Made by a program: the position numbers and the translations under genes. A stretch of 64,000 nucleotides of DNA. Origin: the human T2T-CHM13v2.0 reference genome, Homo sapiens. Shown here piece after piece: positions 23,392 to 42,580 of this stretch. Under the pieces are notes generated by a model, which was not told the origin of the DNA, did no database searches, and saw only the letters and a list, made by a program, of their open reading frames with translations. Each line of letters begins with the position of its first letter. The first letter of the stretch is position 1. The stretch is from the NCBI RefSeq assembly GCF_009914755.1, contig NC_060925.1. One strand, 5' to 3'.

Positions 23392-23554
23392 CAGGAGAAG
23401 CGTGAACAAAGTCCCCCACTACCACAAATTATGCAGTTGAGTTTCCTGCATTTGGAGAAATGGCAGGGGTCAGCCTACCTGGAGTTCAGTGGGTGAGCCT
23501 CACTCTGGGAAAACCATCTTCATGATCATGGCACCTTCCCTGCCAGGGAAGTAT
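23392..23554 (-). pseudogene. U1 snRNA pseudogene, essentially full length
   Basis: The reverse complement ATACTTCCCTGGCAGGGAAGGTGCCATGATCATGAAG...TGCATAATTTGTGGTAGTGGGGGAC...CCTG aligns end to end with U1. The Sm site is intact but there are many substitutions elsewhere. Confidence 0.95.
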
Positions 23555-23595
23555 GTTATATGGACTTTATCACAATTTTAAAAATACACCCACAT

Positions 23596-23690
23596 ATAGA
23601 TTTATCTCTATCATCTATATCTATCTATATCATCGATATCTATCATCGATATCTACCTATATCTACACCTAGATCTATATCATCTATCTC
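23596..23690. repeat. Degenerate (TATC)n-type repeat
   Basis: tatcatcgatatc appears twice within a tatc-rich tract. Confidence 0.75.
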
Positions 23691-24378
23691 CAGTGCTCCT
23701 CCTCCCATGGCTACTGGCCTGGTCCAAGCTGCCTTTATTTGTCATCTAGATGATTGCAATGACATCCTTTCTGGTCTTTGCCTCTGTAACTATGTTCCCA
23801 ACGTGTAGTCACAGTGATCTGAATAAAACATAAAACAGACGTGTCGCTGTTCTGCTCTGAAGCCTCCATTTGGCCTCTTATCTTTCTTGGAGTAAAAGCC
23901 AAAGGGCTTACCACGGCCCCCATGGGATGTCCAGGCTGGCTGTCAGTATCCCTCTGCCATCACCTCGTGCTGCTCTCCCCTGACTTGGCAGCCGCAGAGG
24001 CCCGTTGACTTTGCTGTTCCTCACGTAGACCACGCCGAGCGCGCTCCTGCCTCGGGGCCTTTGTTGCCGGCATCCGCTCTGCTCTAAATGCCCTTCCACA
24101 CAGCCTCCTGCCCAGGGCTCTCACTTCCTGCAGGTCCCAGCCCAGATCTCCTGTTAGCAATGAACCTTCCCCAAATACCCTAGGAAATAAGGATGCCCCT
24201 TGCCCCACCCCACACTCTCTGTCCTACCTGCCCTGCCCTTATCAATTCCTATTTATTTCCGCTAGAATGTAAGTTCCAGGAGGGCAGGTCTCTTTCCGTT
24301 TGGTTGGCTGCTGTATTCCTAACACCCAGAGCAGGGCCTTGCTTTTAGGCACTCAATATAGTTGTTGAATGAGTATAT
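23690..24378 (+). mobile_element. L2 3' region
   Basis: L2 3'-end motifs (ctagaatgtaagttccaggagggcagg...taggcactcaatatagttgttgaatga). Confidence 0.72.
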
Positions 24379-24457
24379 TGAGACTTCCATTCCTTCAGGC
24401 AATAAATCGATCAGAAAGACAGAGGCCGCTCTAGGTATTTCAAGCAAGAAGAGATTT

Positions 24458-26913
24458 TTCTCTTCTTTCTTGTGAATTTTTGTGGGTACATCGTATGTGT
24501 GTGTATTTGTGGGGTCCATGAGATGTTTGGTTCGGGCACGCCATGTGAAAGGAGCACATCATGGAGAATGGGGTGTCCATCCCCTCAGGCATTTGTCCTT
24601 TGAGTTACAAACAACCCAATTACACTCTTTAAGTTATTTTAAAATGTACAGTTATTATTGACTACAGTCTCCCTGTTGTGCTATCAAATAGTAGGCCTTT
24701 TTCATTCTTTTTTTTATTTTTTATTTTTTTTTTACCCATTACCATCCCCACCCCCCTACTCCCCTTCCCAGCCTCTGGTCACCATCCTCCTACTCTCTAT
24801 GTCCATGAGTCCTATTATTTTAATTGTGAGAATATGTGATGTTTGTTTTTCTGTGCCTGGCTTATTTCACTAAATACAATGATCTCCAGTTCCATTCATG
24901 TTGTTGCAAATGACTGGATCCCATTCTTTTTTATGGCTGAATAGTACTCCATTGTGCATATCTACCACATTTTCTTTATCCACTCATCTGTTCATGAACA
25001 CTTAGGTTACTTCCAAATCTTGGCTCTTGTAAATAGTGCTGTAACAAGCAGCAGTGCAGACATCTCTTCAATATACTGAGTTCCTTTCTTTTGGGTATCT
25101 ACCCAGCCATGGGATTGCTGGATCATACGGTAGCTCAATTGTTAGTTTTTTGAGGAAGCTCCAAACTGTTCTCTACAGTGGTTTACTAATTTACATTCCC
25201 ACCCACAAGGGTCCCCTTTTCTCTGCATCCTCACCAGCATTTCTTATTGCCTGTCTTTTGGATGTAAGCCATTTTAACTGGGCTGGCATGATATCTCATC
25301 GTAGTTTTTTTGTTTTTGTTTTTGTTTTTTTTTTTTGGAGACGGAGTCTTGCTCTGTTGCCCAGGCTGGAGTGCAGTGGTGCAATCTTGGCTCATTGCAA
25401 CCTCCACCTCTGGGTTCAAGTGATTCTCCTGTCTCAGCTTCCTGAGTGGCTGGGATTACAGGTGCATACTGCCACACCCAGCTAATTTTTTGTATTTTAG
25501 TAGAGACGGGGTTTCACCGTGTTACCTAGGCTGGTCTCGAACTCCTGAGCTCAGGCAATCCACCTGCCTCGGCCTCCCAAAGTGCTGGGATTACAGACGT
25601 GAGCCACCACGCCCGGCCCTCATTGCAGTTTTGATTTGCTTTATCTAATGATCATGGTGTTGAGCACCTTTTCATGTGCCTGTTTGCCATTTCTATGTCT
25701 TCTTTTGAGAAATAGCTATTCAAATCTTTTGCTCATTTTTTGATCAGATTATTAGACTTTTTCCTATAGAGTTGTTTGAGCTCCTTATATATTCTGGTTA
25801 CTAATCCCGTGTCAGATGGGTGGTTTGTAAATATTTTCTCCCATTCTGTGGGTTGTCTCATCTCTTTGTTGATTGCATCCTTTGCTATGCAGAAGCTTTT
25901 TTACTTGATGTGTTCCCATTTGTCCATTTTTGTTTTGGTTGCCTGTGCTTGCAAAGTATTGCTTAAGAAATTTTTGCCCAGACCAATGTCCTGGAGATTT
26001 TCCCCAATGTTTTCTTGCAGTAGTTTCACAGTTTTGTCAGAGGCGTTTGAATCAGAGCAACTCCATCTTGAATAGGATCTTGGTAACACGAGGCTGAGAC
26101 CTACTGGGCTGCATTCCCAGACAGTTAAGGCATTCTAAGTCACAGGATGAGATAGGAGGTCAGCACAAGATACAGGTCATAAAGACCTTGCTGATAAAAC
26201 AGGTTGCAGTAAAGGAGCTGGCCAAATCCTACCAAAACCAAGATGGCGACGAGAGTGACCTCTGGTCATCCTCACTGCTACACTCCCACCAACACCGTAA
26301 CAGCTTACAAATGCCACGGCAATGTTGGGAAGTTACCCTATATGGTCTAAAAAGGGGAGGCATGAATAATCCACCCCTTGTTTAGCATATCATCAAGAAA
26401 TAACCATAAAAATGGGCGACCCGCAGCCCCAAGGGCTCTGTGTGTGGAGTAGCCTTTCTTTTATTTCTTCACTTTCTTCATAAACTTGCCTCCACTTTAC
26501 TCTCTGGACTCTCCCTGAATTCTTTCTTGCACGAAATCCAAGAACCCTCTCTTGGGGTCTGGATCAAGACTCCTTTCTTGTAACAGTTTGAGGTCTTAGA
26601 TTTAAGTCTCTAATCCATTTTGATTTGAATTTTGCGTATGCTGAGAGATAGGGGTCTAATTTCATTCTTCTGTGTATGGATATCCAGTTTTCCCAGCACC
26701 ATCTATTGAGACTGTCTTTTCCCTAGTGTATGTTCTTGGCACCTTTGTCAAAAATGAGTTCACTTTAGGTGTGTGGATTTGCTTCTGGGTTCTCTATTCT
26801 GTTCCGGGGGTCTATGTGTCCTTTTTAATGCCAGTAACATGCTGTTTTGGTTACTTTAGCTCTGTAGTATAATTTGAAGTCACATAATGTAACTTCTCTA
26901 GTGTTCTTCTTTG
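24458..26913 (-). mobile_element. 5'-truncated L1 (L1MA/L1PB-age; ORF2 3' part plus 3' UTR) with nested Alu and MER41A
   Basis: L1 ORF2 peptide on the - strand (KLLQENIGENLQDIGLGKNFLSNT...KMDKWEHIK). 19-bp TSD ttcaagcaagaagagattt at 24439-24457 and 26914-26932. Confidence 0.88.
26035..26585 (+). mobile_element. MER41A-type ERV1 solo LTR nested in L1
   Basis: tgtcagaggcgtttgaa...tgtaaca with a perfect 4-bp TSD GTTT (26031-26034 and 26586-26589). It lacks the GAS-bearing segment seen in the 15.2-16.2 kb copy. Confidence 0.87.
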
Positions 26914-28977
26914 TTCAAGCAAGAAGAGATTTAGGGATCTAGGAATTAGAGCTTCAAAATCACTGGAAGGCTAGAGGTGCGAAGGTTCAGGAAAGCCATT
27001 CATTGCCCTCAGGCCCACCACCAGTTACAGGAAAAACAACAAGTTTCAGAACCTGCAGAAACCATTGCCAGGGTCACATTTGCCTGCAGTACCAAGGTGG
27101 GATTCACTGGGGAAATGCTCAAATGCCAAGGCAAACTCATGCTTGCCGTGTTTGCCACCTGTTGAAGGGGGAGCAGCAAGCCGGCTTGCCTCTCTTCTAT
27201 TTTCCAAATTTCACTCGAGTGCCTCTCAGCGGCCCAATCTAAGTTGGAATGCTCCTAGTTGGTATACTGGGAAATATAGTCCCCAGGCTTTCTACTCCCC
27301 AGTACAGAGCTGGCACACCAGAGTGGAGAACCAGCCGACGACCCAGCAGAGGCAGAAGATGCCACCCTGTGTTCTCTTCTTGCTTCCCCCCAAGTTATCC
27401 TTTTTGTGGGAAGAGACTCTCCAAGAAAGAGATCAATGATGCAGATGAATTTCAAGGATTGAGGTCTGTCAGATTTCAGAGTCCACATGTGGAGGGAATG
27501 TCTACCTTAAATTACCAAAAGGTAATGATTATAGCTTAAGTGTATTGAGCTGTACTATGTGTCCAGTACTATTCTAAGCCTTTCATATAAATTACCGAAT
27601 TTAGTCCTCATGAGGCAAGCATTATTATTCATCCTCATTTTATTTTATTTTATTTCATTTCTTTTTTTCTGAGACAGAGTCTCACTCTGTCACCCACGCT
27701 GGCATGCAGTGGTGCAATCTCAGCTCACTGCAACCTCTGCCTCCTGGGTTCAAGCGATTCTCGTGCCTCAGCCTCCCAAGTAGCTGAGACTACAGGTGCA
27801 CGCCACCACGCCCAGTTAATTTTTGTGTTTTTAGTAGAGATCAGGTTTCGTCGTGTTGGCCAGACTGGTCTGGAACTCCTGACCTCAGGTGATCCACCTG
27901 CCTCAGCCTCCTAAAGTGCTGGGATTACAGGAGTGAGCCACTGTGCCCAGTCTTCATCCTCATTTTATAGATGAGGAAAGAGAAAGTGGAGGCTAAGTAT
28001 CTTGCCCAAGGTTGCATAGCTAGAAAGCTGTGGGGCCACATTTTCAACCCTGGCTTTCTGACTTTGGAGCCTGAGCTTCTAAACATTAGATTACATTCCC
28101 CCTCCCCCATAAAGGGGTGGAAACACCAGTTCTGGGCATCTCAGCTACAAGAGCATACATGAAGGAAAGGCTTTAAACGTCTATGTAAATTTGTCAATAA
28201 CATAAAAATAAAGATGACCTGAATGTAGCACTTGGGAGGTCAAAACAGAAGCCATGAGTAGGTCTCAAGAAGTATGTTGCTCTGGGTCAGGGAATCCTGC
28301 AACAGCAAAGTCGCTTGTTCACTGTGGCACGGAGAGGGGTAAGTAGGGAGAAGTGTGGCTTGCAACTTGGAATTCGAACCCTTTCCCTGCCACACTAACT
28401 TCTTTGGTGGTGTTGGCATATCATTTAGGCTTTTTGTATTTTGGGGCTTCTCACAGTTCTAAGTGAAATAACGATGTTAACTTTATCCAGAGAAGAATAT
28501 GGGGGAAGTCCTAATCACTTAGTATAAATTATTCTGAAAACCAAACTGCTAAAGCATAATGCTCTATGCTGGCAGAGAAGTGAATATTGCACTAGAGAAT
28601 CTTCCAGGTGTCATTTAAAATTCAACAGTGATGGGCCTCCAGTAACTAAGGAAGATGACTTCACAGTCTGCTAGATTTTACGGTCATTGTTTTCACCTTG
28701 AAAGCTTGCCTACACTTTCTTAATTTTAATTTAAATCCATCCCTCCTTTGAAACCTCCTAAACTAGGTGTGTTTCTCTCTTTGTTCTCACCCCTAGACAT
28801 GGACTTCCTGAAAACAGTCTTGTTTTACCAGTTATTTTTAGATTTTATACATATTCTAGTTGCTTCAGTCTTCACTTTGAAGCCATCCCTTCTAAGTTGT
28901 TTAATTACTGTGATCATACACTACATTTATCTTTCGGGCAATAAGATGTTCAGAACAGAATGCAATATTTTAGATTA

Positions 28978-29454
<477 letters not shown>

Positions 29455-29760
29455 TTATAATGCACAGATTTTTGAACCCTTAAATGGGTGTCTCAAATCT
29501 TGAGTCAGAGCTCTGTAATTAGCAATCATTTTGCACCTTAGCTCTGCACAGTGGGTTTAGAACTCTTCAGGAGTAATCAATTTAATAGAGAAAAGAGGGC
29601 AAATAAAAACACAAATGGATAGCACGTGCATAGCTATATTGTTAGTGATTAGGGAAGATCAGATTGCAGTCCCAGAGGGACTGTGAAGAGTGTCATGGAT
29701 CAGTGGGACTCATCGAGAGACGCTTCCTGCAGGAAGTAGGCCTCCCTTAATGTAGCAAAA

Positions 29761-29905
29761 GTTTACATTATTTCTGAACATTAATTATGTAATTAATTAC
29801 ATAATTAATTTCATTAATGTAAATTATTCATTTACATAACTAATGTAAATTAAAGTTTACATTAACTACATTTAATTAATGTAAATTAAAGTTTACATTA
29901 ATTCC
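29761..29905. repeat. AT-rich palindrome and hairpin cluster
   Basis: Perfect 30-bp palindrome at 29780-29809 plus repeated taatgtaaa-ttaaag-tttacatta hairpins. Confidence 0.85.
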
Positions 29906-29940
29906 ATTATCTCTTGCCTGTCTTTAGGGAGAACTGCTTT

Positions 29941-30891
<951 letters not shown>

Positions 30892-31767
30892 AAGAACTGC
30901 TTTCCAAATGTCTACCATGCAGAGTCGGGGTCATTGTCTCCGTGAGTAGGAAGTTTGATGTTTTGGCTTGCCTTCATGCCTTTGATTTTCTCATACTTTT
31001 GAGACTCCATATTTTCACACTTTATTTTCCCTTCTGCAGGTGTGTTGGCAACACCTCTCGATTTAGCTCATCCCTGCATTTTATCTGTTGCTTTTTATTC
31101 CCCCTTAAAGAACATTAAGATGAGAGCTAAGGCCAGAGCCAGTGCTGGTGTCAGGCCTCCCTTCCTGGGGCCTGTGGGTCACATGTCACAATTTGTGGCC
31201 TAGAGCATTTGGTTGTGTTTTCAATCCATGCACCTGTGTTCTTCTGGGAGCTGAGATTTGCTAAGATTCGCTACAGTGAAAGTTTTATCTAAGTAAACAT
31301 CTCTCACCTCTTTTGGGGACTTTTCATCTGTGGAATGAGTGAAACGGTCCAAAGGTGATCAAGTACGCAAGACAGCCTCCTCTCTCTAGGACCTGGATCT
31401 TCCTCGCTCCTCATTCTCATGAACCATTAGTGGGTTTTTTTTCTTCTTTCTCTTAGGACATGGTCACAGTTGTGTGCAGCAGTGAAGCTGGACATAAGAG
31501 AGCACAGCCAAACTGGGGCTGTGGGGTGTTTCCTCTCACCTGTTCTTCACCTGTTCTTGCCCACTCAGAGCATTGTGGCCCCTGGCTTTTATTACTGCTT
31601 CTTTAGTTGCCTGAGATGCAGTCTTCATTGGGAGGAGCTTGAAAAGAACTCACTAGCAGGACCTAGTGCACAGCAGGCATTTAATAATGATTTGTCTTCG
31701 GCTCTCTCTGCAACCTTGTGAGTGGCATTGCACCCTGCAGCCTGCTGTTACACACAGAGTCAGATTA

Positions 31768-32050
31768 GCTATGGCTAGTCACGGCTAGTCACGGCTGGTC
31801 ATGGCTAGCTAGTCACGGCTGGTCATGGCTAGTCATGGCTAGTCACAGCTGGTCATGGCTAGTCACAGCTAGTTACAGCTAGTCAGGGCTAGTCACAGCT
31901 GGTCATGGCTAGTCACAGCTAGTTACGGCTAGTCACGGCTCATCACGGCTCCTTGTGGCTAGTCACGGCTAGTCACGGCTAGTCATGGCTAGTCATGGCT
32001 TGTCACGGCTTGTCATGGCTCATCACGGCTTGTCCCGGCTCGTCCCATGA
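31768..32050. repeat. 10-bp minisatellite (GCTAGTCACG/GCTAGTCATG variants), about 28 units
   Basis: Directly visible tandem array. Confidence 0.92.
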
Positions 32051-32496
32051 CGGGATTCTCTGGGCATCATTCTTCTCCTGGGACTTGGTGTCCTCATCCT
32101 TCCTGTGGGAGCGAGGAGGCTGCCTCCCTCACGGGTGGCTGTGAGGAATTATAAACCAATAAAGTGACTGCTTAGCATACGGCTGAATGTGAAGGGCAAT
32201 AGAAATGCTTAATTTCATTTATTTGCTAGTAGTTGGGTGGCCACGTGAATGTTGCTGTGGAGACCATAACTCCTGAATTCCCCAACACTTACCTATGCTG
32301 TTGTTTTTAAATGAAGCTTTACACTTAAATCTTGTGATTTTTTTTAAAATTAGAAAAGTAGCAGGAAGGGTCACAGCTTGCTCTCCATCTCAGCCTTTTC
32401 ATAGGAAACTGTGAGCTGCTACAGTCCCCACCTAGGAGCATCTACTGACCAGTTACTCTCACCTGATCCCTCTCTTCACCCAAGGTCATACGTCTT

Positions 32497-33055
32497 CCAT
32501 CTATCCATCCACCCGTCCACCCATCCGTCCATCTGTCCACCCACCTGTCTGTCCACCCACCCGTCTGTCTGCCCACCCATCTGTCCATCTGTCCACCTGT
32601 CTGTCCACCTGTCCACCCGTCCATCTGTCCACCCACCCGTCTGTCCACCCACCCGTCCGTCCATCTGTCCACCCACCCATCTGCCCACCTGTCTGTCTGC
32701 CTGTCTCTCCGTCCACCTGTCCACCCGTCCGTCCATCTGTCCATCCACTCTGTCCACCTGTCTGTCCATCCACCCATCTACCCGTCTGTCCATTTGTCCA
32801 CCCACTTTGTCCACCTGTCTGTCCATCCACACGTCCGTCCATCTGTCCACCCACCCGTCTGTCCATCCACCTGTCCGTCCATCTGTCCACTCCCCCATCT
32901 GCCCACCTGTCTGTCCGTCCACCCGTCCACCCATCCGTCCATCTGTCCACCCACTCTGTCCACCTGTCTGTTCACTCATCCACCTGTCCATCCATCTGTC
33001 CACCCACCCATCTGTCCACCCACCCATCTATCCACCTGTCTGTTCCTCCATCCAG
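32497..33055. repeat. Degenerate (CCAT/CCAC/CTGT/CCGT)n tetranucleotide-derived repeat
   Basis: About 560 bp of 4-nt-periodic sequence; source of several spurious ORFs. Confidence 0.92.
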
Positions 33056-33901
33056 ATACACTGCATTTCCAACTCATGAGTTGAATGGGCCCCATGTGAG
33101 TAGATCAGAACTGTTGATTTTCTAGTGAACCTTTAGAATTGAGAGGATGGAGACGTGATGGCAGATTCTGTGCAGCTGATGAGGTGAAGGGGGAAGTGGC
33201 AAAGGGAACATTTGCAGCAGTGATGGTGGAGGCTTTAGCAATTCCGTGCTGGTGCCCAGCCTCAGGCAGCACACAGCTGTGAGATGACAGTCAAGCCAGG
33301 GGGCAACAACAGCACTGCTTAGAAAAATGGGTCTTGATTCTAAGCCCTCATTGGAGGAATCCTGGAATCCCACACCCCAGCAAGTCCCTCTCTTCCCTGA
33401 GCAGGTCCTCAGGTTGCTTCCGTGTCTCCACCACGGTCTTTGAAGCCCTTCTCTGGGCTGTGTGTGCTTCTCTGCCCACCACCCTTACGGCTGACTCTGG
33501 TGGCCATCGCTCCCACAGCTGAAGCTGCTGCACCTGCTGCGGCTCGTATGGCTTAGGTGGAGACAGCCCGTGCCTTACTCCTGGCCACGGCAACTTTGTT
33601 CTGGCAGTTCTTTACAGAGTTCTTAGTATCACAACTTTTTTTTTTTTTTTTTAATTAAGCACACATTCTCAGTTCATTTTCTTTAATGGCTCTTCTATTC
33701 CCAACAGCAATCAGCCAGTGTCTTTTGATGATCTTCCCAGTGCTGGGGTCCCCTCTCCCAAGACGACATGAAGCTAGACCCCATGGGGACTCTAGCTGGA
33801 CATGCTGGGATTCCTGAAGTGGGCACACAGGCTAACTCTCTCTCTGGGACTTTTGCTTCAGAGGGAAAAGACAACTGGATTATTGTGGCCATATCTTTTC
33901 T

Positions 33902-34265
33902 CTTTTTTAATGTCAGTTCTGGGATACATGTGCAGAGCATGCGGGTTTGTTACATAGGTATACATGTGCCATGGTGGTTTGCTGCACCCATCAACCTGTC
34001 ATCTGGGTTTTAAGCCCCACATGCATTCGGTATTTGACCTAATGCTATCCCTCCTCGACAGGCCCCGGTGTGTGATGTTCCCCTCCCTGGGTCCATGTGT
34101 TCTCATTGTTCAACTCCCACTTACGAGTGAGGACATGCAGTGTTTGGTTTTCTGTTCCTGTGTTAGTTTGCTGAGAATTACGGCTTCCAGCTTCATCCAC
34201 GTCCCTGCAAAGGACATGAGCTCATTCTTTTTTATGGCTTCATAGTATTCCATGGTGTATATGTG
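33902..34265 (-). mobile_element. 5'-truncated L1PA 3' end
   Basis: Classic L1PA 3' UTR (ggtatacatgtgccatggtggtttgctgcacccatcaacc). 21-bp TSD tattgtggccatatcttttct at 33881-33901 and 34266-34286. Confidence 0.9.
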
Positions 34266-34489
34266 TATTGTGGCCATATCTTTTCTAAATCAAATGCATC
34301 ATCTTCCTCCCACTTTTCTTGTTGTTGGAAATGGTATTTCATCTCTCTTGCCCAGCTCATATGCCTGAAAATCATCCTTGCCATCTCTGCACATCAGTTT
34401 AGTCTCCAAGCCTAGCCGATTGAGTGCCAACAGCTCTGAAATTGATCCCCAATTTCCATCCCCTCCTTTACCTCTCCCATCACTTTCTA

Positions 34490-39622
<5,133 letters not shown>

Positions 39623-40479
39623 TCATTCTTAAAATGAGTGTCTTTTCCCACCTAAATCTTGAAGTAATAGTGTTAACATCCTCAAATGTGAAGAAGAAAA
39701 ACATGTATATTTATAATCTATATCATTTATCTATCTATGAGTAATGAGTAAAGGTTTCAGTTGCAACACTGAAATTCCTCAGTCTAATAGAGAATCAAAT
39801 TATAGCTACAGGCTGCTAATTCATAGAAAGAAAACCCTTGAAACAACAAGAATTCCAAAAGCCCAAGGTAGATCTGAAAAAGCCACCGTTAAAACTAGAA
39901 TTCGGGAGTATCTTATGTACAACGTTGAATTTCCCAAAGAAAACTCTCATAAACTGACAACAATGACCAACCCATTTAAGGGCCCTGGAGAATGGCCAGA
40001 AGCAGGCAGAGACTGGAAGGGGTTCGAAGATCTAATCCTTAAAAGAAGGGTTCTAGGGCCCTCCTTCCAGTCTGCTGAGCACTGTGACTAGAGCACAAGA
40101 AAAAAGCCAGTCGTAGGGTTTGAGGCATTCCATGGTGAAGTTCAGGGCTGTCAAGAGTAGCTGGAGAGGGGGAAGGAGAATCCAGGAAAGGAGAGAGCCA
40201 CACTGGGGCAGCCCTGAAATCCACTAAAATTTCCCTCAAATCTGGCTGATGAGTTGAACTCTGAACACCCAGAAGAGCTGCAGGAAGTCGAGAGAAGGCA
40301 GGAACTGCATGGTGAAGGAGTTGAGCAGAGACTGCAAGTCCTGTCAAGTGCACGGAGCAGAGTTGGAGTCTGAGTTCCAAGTTAGAGGGGACTGGCAAAG
40401 CGGTTAGGCTTTCCATTGAAGCTGCAGAAGGGCTGCGCCTCGGGGATAAAGAACAGTCCCAGGACTAAGGGATTTTCCT

Positions 40480-42580
<2,101 letters not shown>

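Noticed and set aside
31768-32050. Possible CRISPR-like array
   Set aside because: The units are contiguous 10-mers without unique spacers, the context is eukaryotic, and there are no cas genes.
32411-33084. Overlapping 96-222 aa ORFs on both strands
   Set aside because: They are translations of a tetranucleotide-derived simple repeat (HPSV/GWTD periodicity), with no splice or promoter support.
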